From positions 69,347 to 133,346 of the forward strand of contig CAZCNP010000002.1 of the NCBI GenBank assembly GCA_964500725.1: 64,000 bases of DNA, in the 5' to 3' direction. Source of the DNA: an uncultured Gammaproteobacteria bacterium. GTDB lineage: Bacteria > Patescibacteriota > Microgenomatia > Daviesbacterales > UBA10151. How positions within the stretch are numbered: position 1 is the stretch's first letter; every line of letters begins with the position of its first letter. The position numbers were made by a program, and so were the translations under genes. Positions 8,677 through 19,388 of the stretch are shown in pieces. The notes under the pieces were generated by a model that was not told the DNA's origin, made no database searches, and saw nothing but the letters and a program-made list of their open reading frames with translations.

Positions 8677-9827
8677 TTAAATAGTGAGATATTTGGAATT
8701 GGAGCTACATTGGCAATTAGGAAATTTTGGGCATACAGATATGTAGCCAAAAGTATTATAGGAAGTATTATTTTAAATTCTCGGCTGGTTAAAACTTTTT
8801 CAAAAGAAATCAACACAAAAGGGGCAGCAGGTAGTAGGTAACGGCTAATATCTCGATGAGCAACTAAGGAAGAAGCAGCCAAATAGGTTAAAACAAAAAA
8901 TGCCAAAGGGTACAGTTTTTGCTTTAACAGTGTAATTCCACCTAATAGTATTAACATAAAGATATAGACAACATCTTCAAGCCAAATATCTCCTACCCAA
9001 AATTGTTGCTTATTAAATACTTGGAATGGAGGAAAAGTTAAATGAATATTATCACCGCTATGAAAATATGCCCAAAAATCACCATAAGTTTGTCCGTATA
9101 AATAAAATACTCCGAAAAGACTTAATGGGATAAGGAGTAAAGCGGAATATTTTGCTATCGAAGTAAATATTGATACTTGTTGTTTGAGTAATTTCCACAA
9201 AATATACAAAGACAAAGCTATAAATAGTAAAATCCCAGGAGGTCGTGTGATTTGAGCCAGAGCACCAAAGATAGCTGTTAGAAAAATATTTATACTATTA
9301 TGTGACTGTTCAAACTTCATAAAAAAATAGACAGCAGTAATAATAAAGAATATAAAAGTAGGTTCTGATGATCCTACACTATGGACAATTAGCCATCTGG
9401 CAGGTAAGACCAGGAATATAAAAGATAAAAAAAGCGGCTGGTTGGTGAGTTTAAAATCCTTCACTAATAAGTAAAACATCCAAGCGGCGCCAATAGTGGA
9501 TAGCAGAGAAATAAATAACATTGATTTTAAATACCCCAATAGAGGGGCGAGAATATAAATTAAGATTGAATACCCAGGAAAATGAGAGGCAAAATAATTG
9601 GCTGGTAGGGCTTGTCCTAAAGCAGCTATAGAGGCAGGGTTGTAGAAAGTTTTGGCGATAATAATATATTCCAGTCCGTCATAGTTTCGGTAAATGGTGC
9701 TGAAGCCCTCTTTAAAGTTTAATCCCCAAAAATTAGGCATAGCCAGGATATGGGGTAACCAAATTATAAGGGTGATTATAATAGCCAGAGAAGCTAAGAT
9801 AAGGCAGTCTTTTGCAGATTTAACCAT
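8673..9827 (-). CDS. GT-C membrane glycosyltransferase, PIG-V/mannosyltransferase-like
   Basis: NYDG..Y..IA, HFPGY, SEPTF, TRPPG and SRY motifs; about 10 TMs. Confidence 0.7.
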   Translation of the reverse strand: MVKSAKDCLILASLAIIITLIIWLPHILAMPNFWGLNFKEGFSTIYRNYDGLEYIIIAKTFYNPASIAALGQALPANYFASHFPGYSILIYILAPLLGYLKSMLFISLLSTIGAAWMFYLLVKDFKLTNQPLFLSFIFLVLPARWLIVHSVGSSEPTFIFFIITAVYFFMKFEQSHNSINIFLTAIFGALAQITRPPGILLFIALSLYILWKLLKQQVSIFTSIAKYSALLLIPLSLFGVFYLYGQTYGDFWAYFHSGDNIHLTFPPFQVFNKQQFWVGDIWLEDVVYIFMLILLGGITLLKQKLYPLAFFVLTYLAASSLVAHRDISRYLLPAAPFVLISFEKVLTSREFKIILPIILLATYLYAQNFLIANVAPIPNISLFN

Positions 9828-9876
9828 TGATCAAATCATAGCAGAAAATTGATAAATTATGCTACACTTATGAGCA
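9828..9876. promoter_or_regulatory. Divergent extended -10 promoters
   Basis: Minus strand TGcTATGAT, 7 nt before ATG 9827; plus strand TGcTACACT (9860-9868), 8 nt before ATG 9877. Confidence 0.6.
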
Positions 9877-12072
9877 ATGAAGGTTGATTCTTTATCGGTT
9901 TTTTTTCCATGTATTAATGAAGAGGGTAATATTGAAAGCACTGTCTCGCAAGCTGAGACCGTTTTAAAAAAGCTTAAGCTAAAATATGAAATTATTGTTG
10001 TTGATGATGGCTCAACAGACAAGACAGGGGAGATTGCCGATAAATTAGCGAAAGAAAATTCTCATATTAGGGTGATTCATCATCCGAAAAATTTAGGTTA
10101 CGGCGAAGCATTAAAATCGGGTTTCTATAGCGCTAAATACGACGTTATAGTCTATACAGATGGAGATAGACAGTTTGATTTTTCCGAGGTAACTAAATTT
10201 TTAGAAAAAATTAAAGACTCAGATATGGTAATAGGTTATAGAATAAAAAGGCAAGATTCATTTTTGAGAAAACTATTTGGCAGGGGTTGGAGATTGACGC
10301 TATTTACTTTCTTTGGTTTGACGCTGAAGGATGTAGACTGTGGTTTTAAGATGGTGAGAAAAAGTGTGATTGAAAAAATACCTCATCTTGAATCACAAAG
10401 AGGAGCAATGATTAATGCAGAACTGGCAATTAAGGCAAAAAAGTTTGATTTTAGAATAACTCAAGTAGGAGTAAATCATTATCCTAGATTATCAGGTAAG
10501 CCAACAGGAGCAAATATTCAAGTGATAATCAAATCTTATATAGATTTAGTTAAACTTTGGTGGAAACTAAAAGATGAAAAGCTGCTATTTGCTAGTTTAA
10601 TTTTTGTATTGTTTTTAGCAGGTTTTTTCAGGTTTTACAAAATCTCTGAGTACATGACTTTTTTAGGGGATGAGGGACGTGATGCAATTGTTATAAAAAA
10701 AATACTGACAAATTATGACTTACCTTTGATTGGACCTCCAACTTCCGTAGGTAATATTTATTTGGGGCCGCTTTATTACTATCTAATGACGCTTCCGATG
10801 GCAATTTTCTACCTTAACCCTGTAGCTGCTGCTGGCATGAATGCCTTTTTTGGTGTGGCAACTGTGCTGTTTATTTACTATCTTGGTAAAAACTGGTTTG
10901 GCAGGTTTGCAGGCTTAGTAGCAGCTTACTTATATGCTATATCGCCAGTGACAGTAATCTACTCAAGATCCTCCTGGAACCCCAATCCTACTCCTTTTTT
11001 CTCGCTGCTTACTATTTTTGGATTCTATAAAGCTTATGAGTCAAAAAACTTTAAGTGGTTAATTTTAACAGGGATAGGAGCAGCAGCAGCAATACAAATG
11101 CATTATTTAGCGTTGATTTTACTGCCAATTATTGTAGTTGTTTGGATTAAGGCGTTATTAAGTAATTTAGCAGAGAACAAATATAGGGCCTTTTGGGCAG
11201 GGACAATTCTTGCAGTTGCATCTTTTCTATTCTTGATGTCTCCACTTGTAGTTTTCGATATAAAACATAACTTCTTAAATTATCGAGCAATTACTGAGTT
11301 GTTTTCCAATAATGATACGGCGGTAAGTTTTAATCTATTGAATACATTAAGTAAGATTCCCGCAATATTCAGTAATAATTTGATCGGAAGATACATTGCT
11401 GCAGAGAATAGTTTTTTACAGCAGCTAGTTGCGTTACTGGTTCTGATGCCTCTTGCTGGGGCTACTTATCAAGTATATAAAAACCGCTTGATAAATTTTG
11501 GCTTATGGATATTAAATACCTGGTTGTTAATTGGGGTATTAGGGTTGAGTTTTTATAAAGGGAGTATTTACGATCATTACTTAGGGTTTTTAAATCCTGC
11601 TCCTTTCTTGCTTTTGGGGGGAGTTGTATTTTTGATATCTTTAGCGCCAAAAAGGATTAGATGGCTAGGTAACGGAGGAGTGTTTATAATGCTTATTACT
11701 TTGACAATAGTTAATCTTCAAAAATCTCCACTTTTGAAACCTCCAAACAATCAGTTAATAAGAACTCAGCAAGTGGCTAAGTTTGTTATTAATGAGGCAA
11801 AAGGAGAAGACTTCAATTTTGCCTTGCTTGCTGCTAGGAATTATGATTCAGCATACCAGTATTATCTAGATATTTATGGACATAAACCTCAACAAGTACC
11901 GTTTGAAATTACAGATCAATTATTTGTAGTTTGTGAGGATGCTATATGCCAGCCTATTAATAATGCTAAATATGAGATTGCAGGTTTTGGTTGGGCTAAA
12001 GTGGTAAGCGAGCAGAACATATACGGGGTAAAGGTTTTTAAATTAGTGCATAATCCATCTGGTAAACCATGA
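9877..12072 (+). CDS. Fusion of a GT2 polyprenol-phosphate sugar synthase domain and an ArnT/PMT-like GT-C domain
   Basis: N-terminal 230 aa has VDDGSTD, NLGYG.AL, DGDRQFD and DVDCGFK. The C-terminal part has RF...FLGDEGRD, GP.YYY, SR..WNPN and many TMs. Confidence 0.88.
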   Translation: MKVDSLSVFFPCINEEGNIESTVSQAETVLKKLKLKYEIIVVDDGSTDKTGEIADKLAKENSHIRVIHHPKNLGYGEALKSGFYSAKYDVIVYTDGDRQFDFSEVTKFLEKIKDSDMVIGYRIKRQDSFLRKLFGRGWRLTLFTFFGLTLKDVDCGFKMVRKSVIEKIPHLESQRGAMINAELAIKAKKFDFRITQVGVNHYPRLSGKPTGANIQVIIKSYIDLVKLWWKLKDEKLLFASLIFVLFLAGFFRFYKISEYMTFLGDEGRDAIVIKKILTNYDLPLIGPPTSVGNIYLGPLYYYLMTLPMAIFYLNPVAAAGMNAFFGVATVLFIYYLGKNWFGRFAGLVAAYLYAISPVTVIYSRSSWNPNPTPFFSLLTIFGFYKAYESKNFKWLILTGIGAAAAIQMHYLALILLPIIVVVWIKALLSNLAENKYRAFWAGTILAVASFLFLMSPLVVFDIKHNFLNYRAITELFSNNDTAVSFNLLNTLSKIPAIFSNNLIGRYIAAENSFLQQLVALLVLMPLAGATYQVYKNRLINFGLWILNTWLLIGVLGLSFYKGSIYDHYLGFLNPAPFLLLGGVVFLISLAPKRIRWLGNGGVFIMLITLTIVNLQKSPLLKPPNNQLIRTQQVAKFVINEAKGEDFNFALLAARNYDSAYQYYLDIYGHKPQQVPFEITDQLFVVCEDAICQPINNAKYEIAGFGWAKVVSEQNIYGVKVFKLVHNPSGKP

Positions 12073-12806
12073 AAAAGATATCTATTGTTATTCCTGCATA
12101 TAATGAGACAGCTAATTTAAAAAGAGGAGTGTTGTTAGAAGTAGGGAAGTATTTGGACCAACTTAAACTGGATTATGAAGTGATTGTAGTAGATGATGGT
12201 TCTTCGGATCAGAGTGTTGAAATAATTAAAAAATATATATCCAAAAATGAAAATTTCAAACTCCTTCAAAATTCTCATGGAGGAAAAGCCAATGCGGTAA
12301 TGACAGGTATGCTTAGTGCGGCAGGAGAAATTATATTATTTACGGATATGGATCAAGCTACGCCCATTAATCAAATCGAAAAGTTCCTGCCTAAATTTGC
12401 TAATGGTTTTGATATTGTGATTGGATCACGTCAAGGGAGAAAAGGAGCGCCTTTAGTTAGAAAATTATCAGCATGGGGTTTTTCTTTGCTGCGCGCAGTG
12501 ATTTTAGGATTACCTTTTAAAGATACCCAGTGCGGTTTTAAAGCATTTAGTAAAAGTGTGGTTGATAAATTAATACCCAAGATAAAAAGTGAATGGGGAG
12601 TAGTTCATTTTAAGGGTGGGGCAGTTAATGCGGGGTTTGATGTTGAGCTTTTGTACCTAGCTAAAAAGTATGGTTTTAGGATTGCTGAGGTTGAGGTGGA
12701 GTGGAAATATGTTGACACTGAAAGGGTGCAAGTTGTTAAAGATGCAGCAGCAGCAATTTATGATATGTTCAGAATAAGGTTGAATGATTTGAGGAACAAA
12801 TACTGA
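12069..12806 (+). CDS. GT2, dolichyl/polyprenyl-phosphate beta-glucosyltransferase-like (ALG5-like)
   Basis: IPAYNE, VDDGSSD, GK..AV..GM, FTDMDQATP, DTQCGFKAF, FDVELL. Confidence 0.85.
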   Translation: MKKISIVIPAYNETANLKRGVLLEVGKYLDQLKLDYEVIVVDDGSSDQSVEIIKKYISKNENFKLLQNSHGGKANAVMTGMLSAAGEIILFTDMDQATPINQIEKFLPKFANGFDIVIGSRQGRKGAPLVRKLSAWGFSLLRAVILGLPFKDTQCGFKAFSKSVVDKLIPKIKSEWGVVHFKGGAVNAGFDVELLYLAKKYGFRIAEVEVEWKYVDTERVQVVKDAAAAIYDMFRIRLNDLRNKY

Positions 12807-12826
12807 CAATTTCTTCCTATAAAATC

Positions 12827-12861
12827 TTGCCTTTTATTTTTGCAAAACGTAGAATAGTAGA
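12827..12861 (+). promoter_or_regulatory. Sigma70-type promoter for a leaderless transcript
   Basis: TTGCCT (12827-12832), 17-bp spacer, TAGAAT (12850-12855), then 6 nt to GTG 12862. Confidence 0.6.
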
Positions 12862-14385
12862 GTGAAGCTCCTGTTGCAACATAAGATTGAAATTTTAATT
12901 CTTTTCTTGCTAGCTGTTTTGTACTTTGCTCTGCGGTTACCAAATTTAACACTGCAGCCTATCTTTGCAGATGAGGCAATCTATATCAGATGGGCGCAGG
13001 TGATGAAAGCAGAGTCTACCTTACGGTTCTTACCTTTATCTGATGGCAAAACCCCTCTTTTTATGTGGGTTTTAATTCCTGTTTTCAAATTTATTAATGA
13101 CCCACTCCTTGCAGGAAGATTTGTATCTGTAGCAGCAGGTTTTTTTACATTGCTAGGAGTATTTTTTCTGTCCAAAAAAGTTTTCAATATAAAAACTGCC
13201 TTGTGGGCATGTTTGTTATATGTAATAACCCCTTATGCTGTTTTTTTTGATCGGATGGCTTTAGTTGATTCGATGCTTTCAGCTTTCACTATTTGGTCAG
13301 TATATCTTGCGATACTTCTTGCTGGTAATTTGAGATTTGATACCTCGATGGTCTTAGGGTATTTGCTTGGTGGCGCTTTACTTACCAAGACTCCTGCTAT
13401 GATTAACCTGTTGCTTCTTCCAATTACCATATTGGGGTTCAGAAATGAAAAGAAAACAAAAAATACTTTTCTTAAATTAGTATTGCTATGGGGGCTAGCG
13501 ATTATCATAGCCTTGGTTATGTATAATACTTTAAGGCTTGGACCTAATTTTCATCTGCTTTCATCAAGAAATGCTGATTATATTTTCTCCCCATTAGAAC
13601 TTTTAGGAAGACCTTTAGATCCTTTTATACCTCATTTTAATGATATCGCTGATTGGTTTCCAAAACTGTTTACCTGGCCGATTTTACTTTCAGGGCTGAT
13701 GGGAATTGCCTATCTGATTTTTGGATTATGGCAACAATCCTTTAGAGGACCACTGCTTAAGGGATTGGTAATATTGCTTTGGGCTTTAATACCGCTTCTG
13801 TTAAACATGACGTTTTTAAAAACTTTTACCTCCCGCTACCTTTTACCCTCAATCCCTACTTTTCTTATTTTAGCTGGTTTTGGGATAACTAAATTATTGC
13901 CAAGGTTGGCTTATATAAAGAGGTTTCCTCTGGCATTAATGTTGATAGTGGTTTTGCCGCTTCCTTTATACTTTAATTATTTATTACTAACCTCACCTGA
14001 TAAAGCTCCTTTACCTAGGGAAACAAGAGAAGGATATTTTGAAGCATGGACAGCAGGATATGGATTTTCTGATATTGCCGAATTTATAAAGGAGAAAAGT
14101 AAAACTCAAAAAGTAGTAGTGGGTACAGAAGGCTTTTTTGGAACTTTGCCAGATGGGTTGTATATTTATTTGGATAAATCAAATGTTTCTTTTGTTGGCT
14201 CTCATGCTACTATCTCTGCTCAAATTAGAGAGGCAGCCAAGGATAATTTAGTATATTTTGTTGGTAATAAAAAGAGGGTTCAAGGCAGTGTTAGTAATGT
14301 AATTTTAATTAAAGAATATCCAAAAGCCAAACCAAAAGATAATTCTCCTCAAGATGCAACAGTTTTATATCAAGTATTGCCGTAG
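12862..14385 (+). CDS. ArnT/PMT-like GT-C glycosyltransferase
   Basis: PIFADEAIY after TM1, K.PLF, DRMALVDS, LLTK and SRYLLP; polytopic with a soluble C-terminal domain. Confidence 0.8.
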   Translation: MKLLLQHKIEILILFLLAVLYFALRLPNLTLQPIFADEAIYIRWAQVMKAESTLRFLPLSDGKTPLFMWVLIPVFKFINDPLLAGRFVSVAAGFFTLLGVFFLSKKVFNIKTALWACLLYVITPYAVFFDRMALVDSMLSAFTIWSVYLAILLAGNLRFDTSMVLGYLLGGALLTKTPAMINLLLLPITILGFRNEKKTKNTFLKLVLLWGLAIIIALVMYNTLRLGPNFHLLSSRNADYIFSPLELLGRPLDPFIPHFNDIADWFPKLFTWPILLSGLMGIAYLIFGLWQQSFRGPLLKGLVILLWALIPLLLNMTFLKTFTSRYLLPSIPTFLILAGFGITKLLPRLAYIKRFPLALMLIVVLPLPLYFNYLLLTSPDKAPLPRETREGYFEAWTAGYGFSDIAEFIKEKSKTQKVVVGTEGFFGTLPDGLYIYLDKSNVSFVGSHATISAQIREAAKDNLVYFVGNKKRVQGSVSNVILIKEYPKAKPKDNSPQDATVLYQVLP

Positions 14386-14391
14386 CTTTTT

Positions 14392-16092
14392 ATGTATAAA
14401 TTTTTAAATAAGGATTTTCTTTTCCCAGTTTTTATTATTGTTTTAACTGTCCCCCTTTTTTCATCGCTTGCCCGTCCTGGTTTTTTTCCGATGCAGGATG
14501 ACTTGCAAGCTTTTAGGGTGCAACAGATGACAAAGTGTCTACAAGATTTTCAAATTCCTTGCAGGTGGATTCCAGACATGGGTTACCAATACGGTTATCC
14601 GCAGTTTAACTTTTACCCTCCCAGTGTATTTTATCTTGGAGGGGTATTAAACCTTCTAGGTATACAAGTGGTAGATAGTGTAAAAATCTTATTCATGTTA
14701 GGGTTTTTGCTTTCAGCTATGACGATGTATATTTTTTTGAAAGCCTTAATAGGGAATTGGTCTGCATTTGTGGGAGCAATCCTTTATAGTTTTGCGCCGT
14801 ATAAAGCAGCGGAAGTTTATGTTAGAGGATCTTTGAGTGAGTTTTGGGCTTTTGTATTTTTTCCACTTATTTTTTGGTCGACCCTGCAGCTTATTAAATT
14901 GGGCAAGTTAAAATACCTTTTATGGCTGTCGGTTTCCATAGGCCTGCTTTTGATTACCCACAATCTAATGTCCTTTATTTTTCTGCCTCTTTTTACTGTT
15001 TGGGCGCTTGCAGTCTCATTCGTTTGGAAAAGATGGGGGGCTCTTCCCAAGGTGGTTGCTGGTTCTTTATTAGGAGCAGGCTTGGCTGGGTTTTTTATTC
15101 TGCCAGTAATATTAGAAGGAAAATACGTACATCTGGAAACTTTAACAGGAGGATATTTTGATTGGCGCCAACATTTTGTCAGCTTACAGCAGCTTTTTTT
15201 ATCTAATCATTTTGGATATGGCTCTTCCTACTTGGGACCAAATGATGATCTGGCGCTTTCAGTTGGAGTTGTGCATTGGATGTTGGGAGCGATAGCTATT
15301 ATTTTTTCTGTATTAACTTTTAAAAAGGAAAGAAAGGTTGCCAGTTTAGTCTTTATATTATCAATTTTGGAACTGATTGTAGTATTTTTAATGCATCAAA
15401 AATCCACCTTTATTTGGGAAAGCATACCTTATTTAAAATGGTTACAATTTCCTTGGAGGTTTTTATCAGATAGTGTTTTTTTGTTATCTATATTGGGCGC
15501 AATTGCCGTCTATTTTATAGGCAAATTTAACACAAAGCTTGAGGTAGTTTTGAGTGTAGTTATAATCTTAAGTTTGATTTTACTGCATGGGTCATTTTTC
15601 CAACCTAAGGAGTGGTTTGATATTTCAGATCAAGAAAAGTTTTCCGGACAGTCTTGGGAAAAGCAATTGACAATTAGCATTTTTGATTATCTGCCAATAT
15701 ATGCCAAACTGCCGCCGAACAAAAAAGCCCCATCCTTACCGGAAGTTCTAGATGGGGAAGCAATATTTATAAATTATAAAAAGGGAAGTAATTATCAGGA
15801 AGGTTTAATTGAAGTAAAAAATAAAGCCACGATTAGGCTGCCACTATTTGATTTTCCTGGCATGGAAGTTACAGTTGATCAAAAAAAGGTAAACCACAGG
15901 CATAATGATTGCAGAAAACAGGAATATTGCTTGGGTCTTATTACCTTTGATGTTGATAAAGGAAAGCATGCTTTAAAAGCTAAGCTTGAGGATACCTTAG
16001 TTAGAACATTAGGTAATATAATTACTTTAGGCAGCTTTTTTATTGTTGCAGGGGGAGTATTTCTCCAAAGCAGAAAAAATGAAAAATCTTAG
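14392..16092 (+). CDS. GT-C-like membrane protein ('PTPS-related'/YfhO-like), paralog 1 of 4
   Basis: MQDD, QIPCRWIPD.GY.YGYP.FNFYPP, YVRG..SE, THN, QFPWRFL, DYLP, FPG. Confidence 0.78.
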   Translation: MYKFLNKDFLFPVFIIVLTVPLFSSLARPGFFPMQDDLQAFRVQQMTKCLQDFQIPCRWIPDMGYQYGYPQFNFYPPSVFYLGGVLNLLGIQVVDSVKILFMLGFLLSAMTMYIFLKALIGNWSAFVGAILYSFAPYKAAEVYVRGSLSEFWAFVFFPLIFWSTLQLIKLGKLKYLLWLSVSIGLLLITHNLMSFIFLPLFTVWALAVSFVWKRWGALPKVVAGSLLGAGLAGFFILPVILEGKYVHLETLTGGYFDWRQHFVSLQQLFLSNHFGYGSSYLGPNDDLALSVGVVHWMLGAIAIIFSVLTFKKERKVASLVFILSILELIVVFLMHQKSTFIWESIPYLKWLQFPWRFLSDSVFLLSILGAIAVYFIGKFNTKLEVVLSVVIILSLILLHGSFFQPKEWFDISDQEKFSGQSWEKQLTISIFDYLPIYAKLPPNKKAPSLPEVLDGEAIFINYKKGSNYQEGLIEVKNKATIRLPLFDFPGMEVTVDQKKVNHRHNDCRKQEYCLGLITFDVDKGKHALKAKLEDTLVRTLGNIITLGSFFIVAGGVFLQSRKNEKS

Positions 16093-17737
16093 AATTGCTT
16101 ATTGGCCACTATTGGTGATTTTGGTTTTATCAGCGCTAATTGTTTGGCCGCTTTTTTTGCCTGGGTATTTTTCTCACCATGATGATTTGCAGGTAATGAG
16201 AATATTTGAGATGAGAAAATGCTTGCAAGATTTGCAAATTCCCTGCCGTTGGGTACCAGATATGGGATATGGTAATGGTTATCCTCTATTTAATTACTAC
16301 AATCCTTTTCCATATTATTTAGGTGGAGTTTTAAGCTTTTTTCTGGGATTTATAGTATCAGCAAAAATTTTATTTTTTATTCCGCTGGTATTAGGTGGTT
16401 TTTCGATGTATCTTTTTGTTAAAGAAATATTTGGTAAAGAGCCAGCGCTTTTGGCAGCTGTTTTGCATCTTTTTGCTCCATATAGAGCACTGGACTCTTA
16501 TGTTAGGGGAGCAGTGGCAGAAAGTTTTGCTATAGCGCTGATCCCACTAGTTTTATATTTTGCTTTAAAACTTATCAAAGAAAATACAAAAAAATATTTA
16601 ATCTATCTGGCAGTTACTTTGGCAGCATTTTTGACCAGTCACACAATTATGACAATGTTATTTTTACCGGTATTATTAAGTTTAATATCTTACTGGGTAT
16701 GGGTAGAAAAAAGGGGTTTTTATGTAATATTTGGGCTGCTTTTAGGGATTGGATTATCAGCATTTTTTACCCTACCTGCATATTTTGAAAAAAACTTAGT
16801 CCAGATAGATAATTTAGCAAGACTGGATTTAGATTTTAGAGCACATTTTGTCACATTACCTCAGCTTTTTTTAGATAGATCATGGGGGTATGGAGCTTCT
16901 TTTTCCGGCCCTTCAGATACCATATCTTTTCAAGTAGGTTGGCCCCACTGGATTTTAGTTTTTTTATCTATACCTTTGGTATTAATATTAAAAAGAAAAA
17001 ACACTAAACTTCTAGTTTTTTATCTGGGAACCTTAATAGTTTTTATGTTATCAATTTTTATGACCCACAATAAGTCAGCATTTATCTGGGAAAAGATTGG
17101 ACTTTTAAGATTTACTCAATTTCCTTGGAGATTTTTGTCGGTGACAATTTTTACTACATCAATATTGGGGGCATTCTTAATCTATGCTTTAAATCAAAAA
17201 TTAAAAAAAGTGTTAACTATTATTTTAGTTATTATAATAGCTGGTCTTAATTGGAATTATTTCAGGCCTTATCAATTTATCTTTGGTTTGACAGATCAAG
17301 AAAAGCTGTCTGGGAAAGAGTGGGAAACACAGCAAAAAGCTTCTATTTTGGATTACTTGCCTGTTGGAGCCAGAGAGCCGATAGAACCTGCTCCGAATGA
17401 GCCTATTATCAGAAAAGGTCAGGCCAAGACTGACTTTTTTGAGAAAAGATCTAATAGCTGGAAGTTGGGTATAGATGTAAAATCTACCTCAGAAGTAGAA
17501 ATTCCAGTGATAGATTTTCCTAATTGGAAAGTTTTTGAAAACGGAAAAGAGATTAAACATTCAAATGATAATTTTGTAAAAAGGATTAGTGTGAATTTGT
17601 CTCCAGGCAAACACTTACTTTTGGGAAAACTGACAGATACACCGATTAGAACTATTAGTAATGTTATTTCTCTCTTATCTTTACTGGTTGTTTTTTACCT
17701 AATCTTTTATGATGGAAGCAGAAAAATTTTTAAATAA
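16079..17737 (+). CDS. GT-C-like membrane protein ('PTPS-related'/YfhO-like), paralog 2 of 4
   Basis: HHDD, QIPCRWVPDMGYG.GYPLFNYY, YVRGAVAE, QFPWRFL, DYLP, FPNW. ATG 16079. Confidence 0.78.
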   Translation: MKNLRIAYWPLLVILVLSALIVWPLFLPGYFSHHDDLQVMRIFEMRKCLQDLQIPCRWVPDMGYGNGYPLFNYYNPFPYYLGGVLSFFLGFIVSAKILFFIPLVLGGFSMYLFVKEIFGKEPALLAAVLHLFAPYRALDSYVRGAVAESFAIALIPLVLYFALKLIKENTKKYLIYLAVTLAAFLTSHTIMTMLFLPVLLSLISYWVWVEKRGFYVIFGLLLGIGLSAFFTLPAYFEKNLVQIDNLARLDLDFRAHFVTLPQLFLDRSWGYGASFSGPSDTISFQVGWPHWILVFLSIPLVLILKRKNTKLLVFYLGTLIVFMLSIFMTHNKSAFIWEKIGLLRFTQFPWRFLSVTIFTTSILGAFLIYALNQKLKKVLTIILVIIIAGLNWNYFRPYQFIFGLTDQEKLSGKEWETQQKASILDYLPVGAREPIEPAPNEPIIRKGQAKTDFFEKRSNSWKLGIDVKSTSEVEIPVIDFPNWKVFENGKEIKHSNDNFVKRISVNLSPGKHLLLGKLTDTPIRTISNVISLLSLLVVFYLIFYDGSRKIFK

Positions 17738-19388
17738 ATACTCTTTTTTGATAATATTTTTATTATCAATTCCTGCAGCTTGGGCTCTTTTTGTGCCAGG
17801 GTTTTATGGGGCGTCTGATGATATTCATATAGCCTGGTTAAATCAATTTCACAAGACTTTGATGATGGGTCAAATCCCGCCCAGATTTGTTCCTGATTTA
17901 AGTTTTGGGTTCGGTTATCCTTTATTTAATTTTGTCTTTCCTTTACCATTTTATATAGGAGAGAGCTTTCACCTGTTAGGACTGTCGCTGGTTGATAGTA
18001 TAAAAGCAGTATTTTTTATTAGCATCCCCTTGTCAGGAATATTTATGTATTTGCTGCTGAGGCAATTTACTACAGTTAGCTTTAGTTTAGTGGGAGCAAT
18101 ATTGTATATTTACACCCCTTATAGGGCAGTAGATCTTTATATCAGGGGAGCAATAGGGGAGATTGTTAGTTTTGCAATACTGCCTTTGATACTATTATCA
18201 GTTATAAAAATTATTAAATTTCAATCTATAAGGTGGGTTGGAATAGGAGCACTCTCTCTCGCTTCCCTAGTCTTGTCGCATAATATTACTGCTTATATGT
18301 TTTTTCCTTTTGTAGGATTGTTTCTGATTATACAGATTCTGTTTTTACCCACAAAATGGAAAATTATCCAGCAAACCTTTTTGATGATAATTTTGGGACT
18401 TTTGATCAGCATCTATTTTTGGTTGCCTGCAATAGTGGATAGCGGTCTTATGAAATATGATACTGTTTTTAATTTCTCAGATCATTTTCCCACCATTTTA
18501 CAACTTATTAAACCCTATTGGGGTTACGGCGGGTCTGTTCCTGGGCCTTATGACGGGATGTCATTCTTTTTAGGAGGCGCCAATGTTTTGATTTTGATTT
18601 TTGGTATAGTTATCCTTTTGCTGAAGTGGAAAAAGATTGAAATTGAAAAGAAAATATTGCTAAGTTGGGCTTTGACAGTAATTGCTGTTTCTGTTTTTCT
18701 AATGAATCACCGCTCAGCTTTTGTTTGGGCAAGTGTTCCGATGTTGCCATATTTTCAATTTCCCTGGAGATTTTTAATTTTAACCACCTTTTTTATTCCG
18801 CTTTTAGTTATAGTTTTGGAACAGTTTAAATATAAAAAGTACTTACCTTGGGTTTTGTTGGCAGTAATAGTCGTACCAGCAATATCATACTTTTACCCTC
18901 AAGACTTTTTGGGTAGAAAAGATGAATACTTTCTTAATCGTTATGTTCCTTACCCAACCGCCAGTGAGGAATATAAAAAGACCCAAGAAGAATATCTGCG
19001 GCTGCCAAAGAATACACAAATAAGGCCTGATAAGATTTATCCTGTGGTAACTGGAAATAATTTAAATATTCAGCAGTTAAAAATATTAAATCAGTTAAAT
19101 AGTGTTTTCAAGGTAGAATCAGACAGACAGACAACAGTAAACTATAATAAATATTTTTTTCCAGGCTGGGCAGTTACGGTGGATAATAAAAGAGTTGATG
19201 TTAAAGCAGGATCCCCTTTTGGTCAAATTACTTTTACAGTTCCTGCAGGTGCGCATATGGTAAGAGTTAGTTTTGAGGAAACTCAAGCTAAGAGAGTGCT
19301 GGATGCTATATCTTTGGTTAGTTTTTTAGTATCATTAGGTTTGATTAAAAGTTTATGGATTCGATCAAAAAAAGCTGGCCTTTCTTAG
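17709..19388 (+). CDS. GT-C-like membrane protein ('PTPS-related'/YfhO-like), paralog 3 of 4
   Basis: ASDD, QIPPRFVPDL.FG.GYPLFNF, YIRGAIGE, SHN, QFPWRFL, FFPGW. Confidence 0.78.
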   Translation: MMEAEKFLNKYSFLIIFLLSIPAAWALFVPGFYGASDDIHIAWLNQFHKTLMMGQIPPRFVPDLSFGFGYPLFNFVFPLPFYIGESFHLLGLSLVDSIKAVFFISIPLSGIFMYLLLRQFTTVSFSLVGAILYIYTPYRAVDLYIRGAIGEIVSFAILPLILLSVIKIIKFQSIRWVGIGALSLASLVLSHNITAYMFFPFVGLFLIIQILFLPTKWKIIQQTFLMIILGLLISIYFWLPAIVDSGLMKYDTVFNFSDHFPTILQLIKPYWGYGGSVPGPYDGMSFFLGGANVLILIFGIVILLLKWKKIEIEKKILLSWALTVIAVSVFLMNHRSAFVWASVPMLPYFQFPWRFLILTTFFIPLLVIVLEQFKYKKYLPWVLLAVIVVPAISYFYPQDFLGRKDEYFLNRYVPYPTASEEYKKTQEEYLRLPKNTQIRPDKIYPVVTGNNLNIQQLKILNQLNSVFKVESDRQTTVNYNKYFFPGWAVTVDNKRVDVKAGSPFGQITFTVPAGAHMVRVSFEETQAKRVLDAISLVSFLVSLGLIKSLWIRSKKAGLS

